A DNA stretch of 32,000 nucleotides. Origin: Halorhodospira halophila SL1 (lineage in GTDB: Bacteria; Pseudomonadota; Gammaproteobacteria; Nitrococcales; Halorhodospiraceae). The notes under the pieces were generated by a model that saw only the letters and a list, made by a program, of their open reading frames with translations, was not told where the DNA came from and made no database searches. The first letter of the stretch is position 1; every line of letters starts with the position of its first letter. Location: NCBI RefSeq assembly GCF_000015585.1, contig NC_008789.1:2400001-2432000 (forward strand), given 5' to 3'. A program made the position numbers and the translations under genes. This document shows positions 7,790 through 17,990 of this stretch, piece by piece.

Positions 7790-10700
7790 TCAGCCAACCC
7801 AAGCCCGCGCATTACGGAACATGCGCAGCCATGGCCCGTCCTCGCCCCACTCCGACGGATGCCAGGAGTACTGCACGCTTCGGAAGACCCGCTCGGGGTG
7901 GGGCATCAGGATGGTGGCCCGGCCATCTTCGCTGGTGAAGCCGGTCACCCCTCCGGCCGAGCCGTTGGGGTTGGCCGGGTAGGTCTGTGCCGGCTGGCCG
8001 TAACCGTCGATGTAGCGAAGCACCGGTCGGGCCGAGTCCGCATCGCCGGCGCCGAAGTCCACCCGCCCCTCGCCATGGGCGACCGCCAGCGGGAGCCGCG
8101 AGCCGGCCATGCCGCGCAGCAGTACCGAGGGGGAGTCGAGCACCTCCACCAGGGCCAGGCGCCCCTCGAACTGCTCGGAGCGATTGCGCACGAAACGCGG
8201 CCAGGCCTCGGCGCCGGGGATGAGATCGCGCAGATGGGCCAGCATCTGGCAGCCGTTGCACACCCCCAGGCTGAATGTATCGGGGCGCTGGAAGAAGGCG
8301 TGGAAGGCCTCCCGGGCGCCCTCGTGGAAGCGGATGCTCTTGGCCCACCCCCCGCCGGCGCCGAGCACGTCGCCGAAGGAGAAGCCGCCACAGGCCGCGA
8401 GACCGTGGTAGCTGCCGAGGTCGTCCCGTCCGGACAGGATATCGCTCATGTGCACATCCACGGCCTCGAACCCGGCGGCATGGAAGGCCGCCGCCATCTC
8501 CACGTGGCCATTGACCCCCTGCTCGCGGAGGACCGCCACGCGGGGGCGGGCGCCCGTGGCGATGTACGGAGCCGCCACGTCCTCGCCCGGCTCGAAGGTC
8601 AGCCGAGTGGCTGTCAGCCCGGGGTCGTCGGCGACCGGGATGGCGTCGAAGGCCTCGGCGGCGCACTCGGGGTCGTCGCGCAGGGCCTGCATGCGATAGC
8701 TGGTCTCGGCCCAGCGCCGCTGCAGCTCCCGGCGACACCGATCCAGCAGCACGTCGCCCTGGCCGCGGACCACCACGCGGTCATCCGGGCGCGGGTGCCC
8801 CAGCCGGCGCACGCGCACCCCCTCAGGGGCTTCGGCAGCGGCCGCCTCGAGGGCGTCCGCCTCGGCGGTGGCAAGCTGCAGGACCAGACCGGGCTCTTCG
8901 CTGAATGCGGCGGCCAGGTGGCGGTCCGCGGCCTCGCCGCCCAGGGTGTCCAGATCGATCTCGAAACCGCAGCGCCCGGCGAAGGCCATCTCGCAGAGGG
9001 TGACCAGCAGACCGCCGTCCGAGCGGTCGTGGCAGGCGAGGACGCGCCCTTCGGCCAGCAGGCCCTGCACGCGATCGAAGGCCCAGCGCAAAGCGGCCGG
9101 GCTATCCAGATCGGCCGGGCGCTCGCCGACGCGGCGGTAGACCTGCGCCAGGGCCGAGCCGCCCAGCCGGTGCTGGTCGCCGCTGAGCTCCAGGGCGACC
9201 AGCACGCTGTCGTCCTGCGGTTGCAGCTGCGGCGTCACCGCCCGACGCACATCGGCCACCGGGGCGAAGGCCGAAACCACCAGGGAGACCGGCGCCGTGA
9301 CGCTCCGCTGCCCGCCGGCCTCCTCCCAGACCGTGCGCATGGACAGCGAGTCCTTGCCCACTGGGATGGCGACCCCCAGCTCGGGGCAGAGCTCCCGACC
9401 GACGGCGGCCACCGTGTCGTACAGCGCCGCGTCCTCCCCCTCGTGGCCGCAGGCGGCCATCCAGTTGGCGGAGAGGTTCACCGCCGACAGCGACCCCACC
9501 CCGGCGGCAGCCAGGTTGGTCAGGGCCTCGGCCACCGCCAGGCGACCGGAAGCCGGGGCGTCGAGGATGGCCACCGTGGGCCGTTCGCCCACCGCCATGG
9601 CCTCCCCGGCGTAGCCGCGGTAATCGGAGACTGTCACCGCGCAGTCGGCCACTGGCACCTGCCAGGGCCCGACCATCTGATCCCGGACCACCTGCCCGGT
9701 GACGGTGCGATCGCCGATGGTGATCAGGAACTCCTTGGAGGCGACCGCGGGCAGCTGCAGAACCCGTTCCAGGGCCTCGGCGACGGTCACCCCGGCGAGA
9801 TCCAGGGGGGCGCCGGCCACCGGCCGACGACGCACGTCGCGAAGCATCTTCGGCGGCTTGCCCAGGAGCAGCTCCATGGGCAGGTCCACCGGCGTGTTGT
9901 CGAAGTGGCCGTCCCCGACCACCAACTCCCGCGCGTCGGTGGTCTCGCCGACCACCGCGTAGGGGCAGCGCTCGCGGGCACACAGGGCCTCGAACTCGGC
10001 CAATCGCTCGGGATCGACGGCGAGGACGTAGCGCTCCTGGGACTCGTTGCACCAGATCTCCAGCGGCGACATACCCGGGTCGTCGATGGGGATAGTGCGC
10101 AGCTCGATGCGTCCACCGCGGTCGGCGTCGTCGAGGATCTCGGGGATGGCGTTGGACAGACCGCCGGCACCGACGTCGTGGATCGACAGGATCGGGTTCG
10201 TCTCGCCGCGGGCGGTGCAGGCGTCCAGCACACCCTGTGCGCGACGCTGCATCTCGGGGTTGTCGCGCTGCACCGAGGCCAGATCCAGCGACTCATCGCC
10301 CGCGCCACTGGCCACCGACGAGGCGGCCCCGCCGCCCAAGCCGATGAGCAGGGCCGGGCCGCCCAGCACCACCACCGGCGTCCCCACCGGGAGGCTGCGC
10401 TTGTGGACGTGGGCGTCGCGGATGTTGCCCATGCCGCCGGCGATCATGATCGGCTTGTGGTAGCCGCGCACCTGCTCGCCGCCGCCGGGGCCGGGGGCCG
10501 GCAACTCCAGGGTGCGGAAGTAGCCGCTGAGCGCCGGCCGCCCGAACTCGTTGTTGTAGCCGGCTGCCCCCAGCGGGCCGTCGAGCATGATCGCCAGCGG
10601 AGAGGCGATCCGGCGCGGCCGGGCCTCCGGGCCTTCCCAGGGCTGCGGGAAGCCGGGGATGCGCAGATCGGAGACCGAGAAGCCGGTCAGCCCTGCCTTG

Positions 10701-11689
10701 GTGCGACCGCCGATGCCGGTCGCGGCCTCATCGCGGATCTCGCCGCCGGCACCCGTAGCGGCGCCGGCAAAGGGCTCGATGGCGGTGGGGTGGTTGTGGG
10801 TCTCGACCTTCATCACCAGATGGGCCGGCTCCGGGTGCTCGCGGTAGCACCCGTCGGCCCCGGCGTGCAGGCGCCGGGCGTCGTAGCCGGCGGCCACGGC
10901 GGCGTTGTCGCTGTAGGCCGAGAGCACCCCCTCGGGGCTGGCCTCGTGACTGCGCCGGATCATGGCGAACAGCGACTGCGGCTGCCCCTCACCGTCGATG
11001 ACCCAGTCGGCATTGAAGATCTTGTGTCGGCAGTGCTCCGAGTTCGCCTGGGCGAACATCATCAGCTCGACGTCGGTGGGATTGCGACCCAGACCGTCGT
11101 AGCTCTCGAGCAGGTAATCGATCTCGTCCTCGGCCAGCGCCAGGCCCAGCTCGGCGTCGGCCCGGACCAGCGCCTCGCGGCCACCACCGAGGATATCGAC
11201 CTCGGCCACCGGGCGCGGCTGGCTGTCGCGGAACAGGGCCTCGGCCTCCTCGGGGCCGGCGAGAACGGCGTCGGTCAGCGGGTCGTGGATGGCCGCGACC
11301 AGCGCCTGGCGCGCAGCCCCCTCCAGGGGGCCGTCGGTAGTGATGCGAAACAGGGTCCCGCGCTCGATACGTTCGATATCGCTCAGCCCGCAGTTGCGGG
11401 CGATATCCGTGGCCTTGCTCGACCAGGGAGAAACGGTGCCGGGCCGAGGCACCACCAAGAGCGTGGTGACCTCGCCCTCCGCCGCGGACGGCGCCGGGTA
11501 GTCGGCGCCGTAGTCGAGCAACTGCAGCAGGATCTCATGCTGCGCTTCGGAAAGGGGGCGGGACGTGGCGGCAAAGTGGCAGTACGTCGCATCGACGGCG
11601 CGCACCGCAGCACAGGCGTCACGGAGTTCGTCCCGCAGCTTGTCGAGGCGAAAGGGAGAGAGGGCGCGTTTTCCGGGGATCTGCAACAT
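7790..11689 (-). CDS. purL: Phosphoribosylformylglycinamidine synthase, single-chain large form
   Basis: 1299 aa. N-terminus [22 protein letters not shown] synthase core, and a C-terminal glutaminase domain (GVCNGCQML ... HPER). Its ATG is 2 nt after the bamC stop. Confidence 0.97.
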   Translation of the reverse strand: MLQIPGKRALSPFRLDKLRDELRDACAAVRAVDATYCHFAATSRPLSEAQHEILLQLLDYGADYPAPSAAEGEVTTLLVVPRPGTVSPWSSKATDIARNCGLSDIERIERGTLFRITTDGPLEGAARQALVAAIHDPLTDAVLAGPEEAEALFRDSQPRPVAEVDILGGGREALVRADAELGLALAEDEIDYLLESYDGLGRNPTDVELMMFAQANSEHCRHKIFNADWVIDGEGQPQSLFAMIRRSHEASPEGVLSAYSDNAAVAAGYDARRLHAGADGCYREHPEPAHLVMKVETHNHPTAIEPFAGAATGAGGEIRDEAATGIGGRTKAGLTGFSVSDLRIPGFPQPWEGPEARPRRIASPLAIMLDGPLGAAGYNNEFGRPALSGYFRTLELPAPGPGGGEQVRGYHKPIMIAGGMGNIRDAHVHKRSLPVGTPVVVLGGPALLIGLGGGAASSVASGAGDESLDLASVQRDNPEMQRRAQGVLDACTARGETNPILSIHDVGAGGLSNAIPEILDDADRGGRIELRTIPIDDPGMSPLEIWCNESQERYVLAVDPERLAEFEALCARERCPYAVVGETTDARELVVGDGHFDNTPVDLPMELLLGKPPKMLRDVRRRPVAGAPLDLAGVTVAEALERVLQLPAVASKEFLITIGDRTVTGQVVRDQMVGPWQVPVADCAVTVSDYRGYAGEAMAVGERPTVAILDAPASGRLAVAEALTNLAAAGVGSLSAVNLSANWMAACGHEGEDAALYDTVAAVGRELCPELGVAIPVGKDSLSMRTVWEEAGGQRSVTAPVSLVVSAFAPVADVRRAVTPQLQPQDDSVLVALELSGDQHRLGGSALAQVYRRVGERPADLDSPAALRWAFDRVQGLLAEGRVLACHDRSDGGLLVTLCEMAFAGRCGFEIDLDTLGGEAADRHLAAAFSEEPGLVLQLATAEADALEAAAAEAPEGVRVRRLGHPRPDDRVVVRGQGDVLLDRCRRELQRRWAETSYRMQALRDDPECAAEAFDAIPVADDPGLTATRLTFEPGEDVAAPYIATGARPRVAVLREQGVNGHVEMAAAFHAAGFEAVDVHMSDILSGRDDLGSYHGLAACGGFSFGDVLGAGGGWAKSIRFHEGAREAFHAFFQRPDTFSLGVCNGCQMLAHLRDLIPGAEAWPRFVRNRSEQFEGRLALVEVLDSPSVLLRGMAGSRLPLAVAHGEGRVDFGAGDADSARPVLRYIDGYGQPAQTYPANPNGSAGGVTGFTSEDGRATILMPHPERVFRSVQYSWHPSEWGEDGPWLRMFRNARAWVG

Positions 11690-11691
11690 GG

Positions 11692-12291
11692 TCAGTAGAG
11701 CTGGCGATCGAGCAGGGTCAGGAGCCGTTCCGCCACCGCTTCCGCGGCTGGATCGCCGTTCTCATCGCGGACCTTGGCCACGACCTGCCCGTTGTCGCGG
11801 CCGATCTGGATACGGAAGCGCTGGGGCGAAGTGTCGATCCGTTCGGCGCCACCGAACCAGCGCGCGAACAGGCCGGGCTGCTCGATCTGCTCATCGGCCC
11901 GTGGCTCGTAGCGGATCAGGTAGTAGAGGTCGTCGCGCTGGCGCTCCAGGACGGTGAAATCGAGCCGGTTGAGGGCGGCCCCGGTACCCATCCACGCCTG
12001 GTTGATGCCCATGTCCAGCGCCAGCCGGGGATCTCCGTCGACGTCGGTGAGCCGGGACGGGATGGTACGCTCGACCTCCACCGGCAGCTCGGCGTCGGCA
12101 TCCGGCTCCGGAGGCACTGGATCATCCTCGGCGAGCTCGGGCTCACCGACCAGATCCGGCGGGATGACGAGGTGATCCGGGTATTCGGCCTCGTCGCGGG
12201 TCAGCGGGTCCGTGGCACAGGCGCCCAGCAGCCCGGTGGCGAGCACCGCCACCAGGACCCAGCGGGCGCCATTGGCGACCCGGCCCCTCAC
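11692..12291 (-). CDS. bamC: Outer-membrane protein assembly factor BamC-like lipoprotein (NlpB/DapX family), short form
   Basis: Inner part of ORF 11692..12405. GTG 12291 overlaps the dapA stop (GTGA). The signal peptide (M)[24 protein letters not shown] carries a lipobox. The block [26 protein letters not shown] resembles the BamC helix-grip domain. The dapA-bamC synteny matches E. coli. At 199 aa it is much shorter than E. coli BamC. Confidence 0.6.
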   Translation of the reverse strand: MRGRVANGARWVLVAVLATGLLGACATDPLTRDEAEYPDHLVIPPDLVGEPELAEDDPVPPEPDADAELPVEVERTIPSRLTDVDGDPRLALDMGINQAWMGTGAALNRLDFTVLERQRDDLYYLIRYEPRADEQIEQPGLFARWFGGAERIDTSPQRFRIQIGRDNGQVVAKVRDENGDPAAEAVAERLLTLLDRQLY

Positions 12292-13175
12292 AGCAGACCG
12301 GCGTCTTGCATCGCCTGGCGCACCCGGGCCTGCCCGGCCTCGGTCAGGCGGGTCATGGGCAGGCGCATACCGGAACCGGCCATGCCGAGCTCCTCCACCG
12401 CCCACTTCACCGGTACCGGGTTAGGCTCGCAGAACATCGCCTGGTGCAGGGGCGTCAGGCGCTCGTTGATGGCCTCGGCGGTCTGCATGTCGCCGGCCAG
12501 GGCGGCCGCACAGAGGTCGTGCATCTGCCGCGGGACGACATTGGCGCTGACCGAGATCACCCCCTTGCCACCGACCCGCATCATGCCCAGGGCGTTGAAG
12601 TCGTCGCCGGCGAAGACATCCAGCCGATCACCGCAGCGGCGGATCACCTCCTCGGCCCGCTCCACGGTGCCCTGGGCCTCCTTGAGGCCGACCACGTTGG
12701 GCAGGTCGGCAAGGCGCTCGACGGTCTCGGGGAGCATGTCGCACCCAGTGCGGCCCGGCACGTTGTAGAGGATCTGAGGGATGGGCACCGCCTCGGCGAT
12801 GGCGCTGAAGTGCTGAACCAGCCCTTCCTGGGTGGGCTTGTTGTAGTAGGGCACCACCAGCAGCGCCGCATCACAGCCGGCCTCCATGGCGCTGCGGGTC
12901 AGCTCGATGGCCTCCCAGGTCGAGTTGGCACCGGTGCCGCCGATCACCGGGATTCGGCCCGCAGCGGCCTCGACCGTGGCGCGGATCACATCCCGGTGCT
13001 CTTCGTAGTCGAGAGTGGCCGATTCGCCGGTGGTCCCCACGGCAACGATGGCGTCACTGCCCTGCTCGACGTGATACTCGACCAGCTGCTTGAGCGCCTT
13101 CTCATCCACGGCGTCCCGAATTCCATCCTGCGCCTTCATCGGGGTGACCATCGCCACCATGCTGCCGCGGAACAT
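12288..13175 (-). CDS. dapA: 4-hydroxy-tetrahydrodipicolinate synthase
   Basis: Inner part of ORF 12288..13190. ATG 13175 has GGAGG 5 nt upstream and gives MFRGSMVAMVTPM, matching the usual DapA N-terminus. ATG 13190 is the alternative. Confidence 0.95.
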   Translation of the reverse strand: MFRGSMVAMVTPMKAQDGIRDAVDEKALKQLVEYHVEQGSDAIVAVGTTGESATLDYEEHRDVIRATVEAAAGRIPVIGGTGANSTWEAIELTRSAMEAGCDAALLVVPYYNKPTQEGLVQHFSAIAEAVPIPQILYNVPGRTGCDMLPETVERLADLPNVVGLKEAQGTVERAEEVIRRCGDRLDVFAGDDFNALGMMRVGGKGVISVSANVVPRQMHDLCAAALAGDMQTAEAINERLTPLHQAMFCEPNPVPVKWAVEELGMAGSGMRLPMTRLTEAGQARVRQAMQDAGLL

Positions 13176-13333
13176 CACCACCTCCGTCATCGGTCACGAG
13201 TCTGATCGGCAAGGGGGTCATGGTACTAAGCGGGCTGCGCGGCGCCAAGCAAGGATCCCCACCGGACCCCGACGCACCGTGACCGGGTTCCGTGCTAGAC
13301 TGCCGCCGCATACCCAACAGGGCGAGCAGCGCG

Positions 13334-13861
13334 ATGCACAACCTGATGGTCATCACCGCCCTCGGACACGACCGCCCCGGCATCGTCCGCGAACTAGCCA
13401 GTGCAGTGACCGAGACCGGCTGCAACATTGCCGACAGCCGCATGAGCGTGCTCGGCGGCGAGTTCGCCATGATCCTGATGGTCTCTGGGCGCTGGAACGA
13501 ACTGGCCAAACTCGAGACCAGCCTGCCCCACTCGGCACGGCGCATGGGCCTGGAGATCCACATCCAGCGCACCGAACCGGCCGCCACCGGCGAACAACTG
13601 CTGCCCTACTCGGTGGAGGTGGTCGCCCTGGATCACCCGGGGATCGTCGCCGAACTGGCCAACTTCTTCGCCACCCGCGAGATCAACATCCGCGACATGC
13701 AGACCGCCAGCTACGCCGCGGCCCACACCGGAACCCCGATGTTCTCGGTCTACCTGACCGTGGATGTCCCGGCCGGGCTGCACATCGCCAGCCTCCGCGA
13801 CGAGTTCATGGACTTCTGCGATCAGTTCAACCTGGACGCCATCATGGAGCCAGCCAAGTAG
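13334..13861 (+). CDS. gcvR: Glycine cleavage system transcriptional repressor (tandem ACT domains)
   Basis: Inner part of ORF 13292..13861. ATG 13334 gives MHNLMVITALGHDRPGIV ... GCNIADSRMSVLGGEFAMILMVSG, which aligns with the GcvR N-terminus. A second ACT block is VVALDHPGIV. It is divergent from dapA, as in E. coli. Confidence 0.85.
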   Translation: MHNLMVITALGHDRPGIVRELASAVTETGCNIADSRMSVLGGEFAMILMVSGRWNELAKLETSLPHSARRMGLEIHIQRTEPAATGEQLLPYSVEVVALDHPGIVAELANFFATREINIRDMQTASYAAAHTGTPMFSVYLTVDVPAGLHIASLRDEFMDFCDQFNLDAIMEPAK

Positions 13862-13905
13862 CCGCGGAACCGGACCACCCACCCCGATACGGGGATGAAA
13901 GCGCC

Positions 13906-15240
13906 ATGAGCCACCCGCCCGCCCAACGCATCTACGTGCTCGACACGTCGGTCCTGGTGCACGACCCCACGGCACTGTTCCACTTCGAGGAGCACGACGT
14001 CTGCCTGCCGTCGGCGGTCTTGGAAGAGCTCGACGCCGCCAAAGAGGGGCTGTCCGAGGTGGCGCGCAATGCCCGGCAGGTCAGCCGCTTCCTGGACGGC
14101 CTGCTGACCGGACACACGCCGGGCTCCCTCGAAGACGGCGTGCCTCTGGGCAGCGGCGCGCCGGGCGAACCGTCCGGGCGACTGTTCTTCGAGACCGAGG
14201 GGCACGGACGCGGCGACTCGGCCATCCTGGCCGCCGCCGCGCGGCTGCGCGAGGCCCTGCCGCCGACCCCGGTACTGGTCTCCAAGGACATCAACCTGCG
14301 CATCCGTGCGCAGGTGGCCGGCATTGCCGCCGAGGACTATGAGAGCGACCGGGTCATCGATGATGTCGACCTGCTGCCCACCGGCGTCGATGCCATCCCC
14401 GCAGCGGCCTGGGACCGGGCCCGCACCCACGAGCGCGGCTACCGGGTTCCGGTGCCCCAGGACACCGTCTGGCGGGTCAACCAGTGCCTCTACGCCGAGG
14501 ACGGCTTCGAGGGGGTAGTGCGTGGCTTCGAGGATGACCAGGCCATCCTGGCGCCGGTGACCGATTTCCGGGAGCACAACGCCGTCTGGGGCGTCCGTGC
14601 ACGCAACCGCGAGCAGAACTTCGCCCTGCACTTGCTCATGGACCCGGAAGTCGACCTGGTCTCGCTGCTGGGCGCCGCCGGCACCGGCAAGACCCTGCTG
14701 ACCCTGGCCGCCGGGCTGGCGCAGACCATGGACCAGGGGCGCTACCGGGAGGTCATCGCCACCCGGGCCACCGTGGCCATCGGCGAAGAGATCGGCTACC
14801 TGCCCGGCACCGAGGAAGAGAAGATGACCCCCTGGATGGGGGCCCTGATGGACAACCTCGAGGTCCTGAGCGCCCCGGACAGCGGCCTGGGCGGCGACTG
14901 GGCACGGGCGGCCACCGCCGATCTGCTGCACTCGCGGGTGCGCATCCGCTCGATGAGCTTCATGCGCGGCCGGACCTTCCTGGAGAAGTTCGTCATCCTC
15001 GACGAGGCACAGAATCTGACCGCCAAACAGATGAAGACGCTGATCACCCGAGCCGGCCCCGGCACCAAGGTGATCTGCCTGGGCAACATCGGCCAGATCG
15101 ACACCCCCTACCTGACCGAGAGCACCTCCGGGCTGACCTACGTGGTGGACCGGCTCAAGGACTGGCCCCACAGCGGCCACGTGACCCTGCGCCGCGGCGA
15201 GCGCTCGCGGCTGGCGGACTACGCCTCCGACGTCCTCTGA
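13906..15240 (+). CDS. PhoH-like ATPase with N-terminal PIN domain (PhoH2 / YlaK type)
   Basis: Inner part of ORF 13090..15240, which overlaps gcvR upstream. ATG 13906 gives MSHPPAQRIYVLDTSVLVHDP (PIN acidic motif), then Walker A GAAGTGKT and Walker B FVILDEAQN. Confidence 0.88.
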   Translation: MSHPPAQRIYVLDTSVLVHDPTALFHFEEHDVCLPSAVLEELDAAKEGLSEVARNARQVSRFLDGLLTGHTPGSLEDGVPLGSGAPGEPSGRLFFETEGHGRGDSAILAAAARLREALPPTPVLVSKDINLRIRAQVAGIAAEDYESDRVIDDVDLLPTGVDAIPAAAWDRARTHERGYRVPVPQDTVWRVNQCLYAEDGFEGVVRGFEDDQAILAPVTDFREHNAVWGVRARNREQNFALHLLMDPEVDLVSLLGAAGTGKTLLTLAAGLAQTMDQGRYREVIATRATVAIGEEIGYLPGTEEEKMTPWMGALMDNLEVLSAPDSGLGGDWARAATADLLHSRVRIRSMSFMRGRTFLEKFVILDEAQNLTAKQMKTLITRAGPGTKVICLGNIGQIDTPYLTESTSGLTYVVDRLKDWPHSGHVTLRRGERSRLADYASDVL

Positions 15241-15244
15241 GACC

Positions 15245-15270
15245 CGGGGCGCCGCCACGGCGGCGCCCCG
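15245..15270. terminator. GC-rich hairpin between convergent phoH2 and perM (possible bidirectional terminator)
   Basis: cggggcgccgcc (15245-15256), ac, then ggcggcgccccg (15259-15270). This is about 11 bp of perfect stem. There is no U-tract on either side. Confidence 0.45.
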
Positions 15271-15277
15271 CTCGGGC

Positions 15278-16375
15278 TCAGGGGACCAGCTCCTCCTCGA
15301 CCCCTGCGGATTCGTCATCCGGCGGCTTGCGGCGCCGCACCCACGCCTTGATGATCGCCTGGATAAAGGTGGCCAACGGGATGGCGAAGAAGATCCCCCA
15401 GAATCCCCAGATCCCGCCGAAGACCAGGATCGAGACGATGATCGCCACCGGGTGGAGGTTCACCACCTCGGAGAAGAGCAGCGGCACCAGGACGTTGCCG
15501 TCGAGCACCTGGATGATGGTGTAGGCCACCAGGACGTAGACCAGCTCCTGGCTCACCCCGAAGTGGAAGTAGGCGATCAGCGCCACCGGCACGGTCATCA
15601 CGAAGGCCCCGACATAGGGGATGATCACCGACAAGCCGGTGGCCACCGCGAGCAGCATGGCAAACGGCACCCCCAACAGGGAGAAGGTGATGTACGTGAC
15701 CGCCCAGACGATCAGGATCTCGATGAACTTGCCGCGGACGTAGTTGCCGATCTGCTGATCGACGTCCAGCCACACCTCCGAGGCAAAGGCACGGTGGCGG
15801 GGCATATGGTTGCTGACCCACTGCAGCAACAGCCGTTTGTCCTTGAGCAGGAAGAAGACCAAAAATGGCACCAGCACCGCGTAGATCACCAGCGTGCCGA
15901 GGATCATCAGCGACTGAACCGTCACCGAGGCCACCACCCGCTGCCCCAGGTCGGTGATCTCCCGCCGGGCGGTATCGAGCATCTCGCGGATCTGCGCCTC
16001 GGAGAAGAGCTGCGGGTAATGCTCGGGCAACTGCAGCAGCAGCATCTGCCCCTGGGCGAGGATCGCCGGCAGCTGATCCACCAGCTGGCCCACCTGGCGG
16101 TAGAGCAACGGGATCAGCGCAAAGAGCACCAGGACCAGGAAGGTGGTGAGGAACAGGATGACGATCACCACCGCCAGCATCCGGGGCACCCCGGCGCGTT
16201 CGAAACCCCTCACCACCCCTTCGAGCAAGTAGGCGATCACCACGGCGGCGATCACCGGGGCGAGAATGCTGCCGAGCATCAGCAGCGCCCCGAGGCCCAC
16301 CACCATCAAGACGATGAAGGCAGCGATCTGAGGGTCGTTGAATGTGCGTCGCAGCCAGCTACGAATCAGCTCCAA
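15278..16375 (-). CDS. perM: AI-2E family transporter (PerM/YfgO-like, UPF0118)
   Basis: Inner part of ORF 15278..16468. TTG 16375 has GAAGGAG 8 nt upstream and gives (M)ELIRSWLRRTFNDPQIAAFIVLMV, collinear with E. coli PerM MLEMLMQWYRRRFSDPEAIA. The longer ORF-track start at 16468 would overlap the bepA start region. Confidence 0.85.
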   Translation of the reverse strand: MELIRSWLRRTFNDPQIAAFIVLMVVGLGALLMLGSILAPVIAAVVIAYLLEGVVRGFERAGVPRMLAVVIVILFLTTFLVLVLFALIPLLYRQVGQLVDQLPAILAQGQMLLLQLPEHYPQLFSEAQIREMLDTARREITDLGQRVVASVTVQSLMILGTLVIYAVLVPFLVFFLLKDKRLLLQWVSNHMPRHRAFASEVWLDVDQQIGNYVRGKFIEILIVWAVTYITFSLLGVPFAMLLAVATGLSVIIPYVGAFVMTVPVALIAYFHFGVSQELVYVLVAYTIIQVLDGNVLVPLLFSEVVNLHPVAIIVSILVFGGIWGFWGIFFAIPLATFIQAIIKAWVRRRKPPDDESAGVEEELVP

Positions 16376-16477
16376 GGGCGCATCTCCTTCGCGGATCGCG
16401 CTTCGATGATAACGTAGCCAGAACAGACTTGCGCCTGCGGGAACTTGCATCCACGCCGCCCAGTCCAATTGTTGACC

Positions 16478-17938
16478 ATGCTCGATCGCCTCCGCCGAAC
16501 AGCCGCGGCCCTACTGATCGCCGCGCTGACGCTCACCGCCCCGGCCCCGTCGCCGGTCCAGGCGGAGAGCGCCCAGCTGCCGCAGCTTGGCGTACCGGGG
16601 GCGGACGCCCTGCCCGTGCACAAGGAGCGCGAACTGGGGGCCAAAATCATGCGCCAGGTCCGCCAGCACCTACCCCTGCACGAGGACCCAGAAACCAATG
16701 AGTATCTCCAGAACCTCGGGCACCGCCTGGCGGCGCACAGCAACGAGCCGGGATTCGGCTACAGTTTCTTCCTGGTGGAAGACGACCAGATCAACGCCTT
16801 CGCCCTGCCCGGCGGATACATCGGCCTCCACACCGGGCTGATCCGCGAAACCCGGACGGAGAGCGAACTCGCCGGCGTGCTCGCCCACGAGATCGCCCAC
16901 GTCACCCAGCGCCACATCGCTCGGCAGTACGCTCAGTCGCAGCAACTCAACCTGCAGACCGCCGCCGCCGTCCTGGCCGCCATCCTGATCGGCTCGCAGA
17001 GCCCGCAGGCCGGCAGCGCCGCCGCCATGGCGGGCATCGCCGCGCCCATCCAGCAGCAGCTGAGCCACTCCCGCACCCACGAGCAGGAGGCGGACCGGGT
17101 CGGCCTCCACAACCTGGTGGCCGCCGGGCTCGACCCCTACGGCATGCCCGGGTTTTTCGAGCGCCTGGCCGACGCCTCCCGTTTTGCCGAGGATCCGCCG
17201 GAGTACCTGAGCACCCACCCGCTCACCGAGCGCCGCCTGAACGAGGCCCAACGCCTGGCCGAACGCCTGGAGGGCGGCACCGTCTACGAGAGCGGCCATC
17301 ACGCCTTCATTCGCGCCCGGCAGCAGGTCCTCACTAATAGGGAGCGCAGCACCAGCGCAGTGGCGTTTATGCGGGATCAGTTGCGGCGCAGCACCGACGA
17401 CCCCACCGAGCGTGCGGCCGCCCTCTACGGCCTCGCCCTGGCGCTCTCTTGGGAAGAGGGGCAGCACGCCCAGGCCCTGGCCCTGCTCAACACCCTGAGC
17501 GCCATCGAGGGGGAGCGCCTCTACGTCCTCCTCGGGCGCGGCGAGATCTTGCGCGCCATCGGCGACACCGAGGAGGCACTGGCCACCTACCGGGAGGCCC
17601 GCTCCCTGTACCCGGGTAGCTGGGCCGCCACCTACCGACTGGCCGAGACCCTGCTGGCCGACGACGACGCCAAGGAGGCGCGCCGGGTGCTGGCCCGCGC
17701 GACCCGCGGGTCGTCCGGATCGCCTCAGCTCCTGCGGCTGCTGGCCGACGCCGCCCACGCCGCCGGCCGCGAGGCCGAGGGTTACATCGCGCTGGCCGAA
17801 CACTACCGGGGCCGCGGCGAACACCGACTGGCCGTGGCGCAACTGAACAATGCCATCCGCCACGCCGGCGAAGACCGCTACCAGCGCGCCCGCGCCGAGG
17901 CACTCAAGGCGCGCTGGACGCAGCACGCCGCGGACTAG
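16478..17938 (+). CDS. bepA: M48 family metalloprotease with C-terminal TPR region (beta-barrel assembly-enhancing protease BepA/YfgC-like)
   Basis: Inner part of ORF 16445..17938. ATG 16478 gives the signal peptide MLDRLRRTAAALLIAALTLTAPAPSPVQA. It has the zinc motif HEIAHVTQRH and TPR-like repeats at the C-terminus. It is divergent from perM, as in E. coli. Confidence 0.85.
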   Translation: MLDRLRRTAAALLIAALTLTAPAPSPVQAESAQLPQLGVPGADALPVHKERELGAKIMRQVRQHLPLHEDPETNEYLQNLGHRLAAHSNEPGFGYSFFLVEDDQINAFALPGGYIGLHTGLIRETRTESELAGVLAHEIAHVTQRHIARQYAQSQQLNLQTAAAVLAAILIGSQSPQAGSAAAMAGIAAPIQQQLSHSRTHEQEADRVGLHNLVAAGLDPYGMPGFFERLADASRFAEDPPEYLSTHPLTERRLNEAQRLAERLEGGTVYESGHHAFIRARQQVLTNRERSTSAVAFMRDQLRRSTDDPTERAAALYGLALALSWEEGQHAQALALLNTLSAIEGERLYVLLGRGEILRAIGDTEEALATYREARSLYPGSWAATYRLAETLLADDDAKEARRVLARATRGSSGSPQLLRLLADAAHAAGREAEGYIALAEHYRGRGEHRLAVAQLNNAIRHAGEDRYQRARAEALKARWTQHAAD

Positions 17939-17990
17939 CCATCCCTTCCACCGCCTTAGTAGACTGCCGCAGCATTCTGGGAGCGCGGCC

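Noticed and set aside
7859-11698. 1279-aa ORF on the plus strand spanning the whole of purL in antisense
   Set aside because: The product is low-complexity and rich in Arg, Gly, Ala and His, with no recognisable domain. It mirrors the purL frame exactly. The minus-strand product is an unmistakable full-length PurL. This is the classic stop-codon-poor shadow frame of a high-GC3 gene.
13090-13905. 272-codon N-terminal extension of the phoH2 ORF
   Set aside because: It overlaps the dapA start region and all of gcvR in another frame and is Arg/Pro/His-rich. The PIN domain begins right at ATG 13906.
13822-15318. 498-aa minus-strand ORF antisense to phoH2
   Set aside because: It is a shadow of a confidently assigned gene, with Arg/Gly/Ala/Pro-rich composition and no domain signatures.
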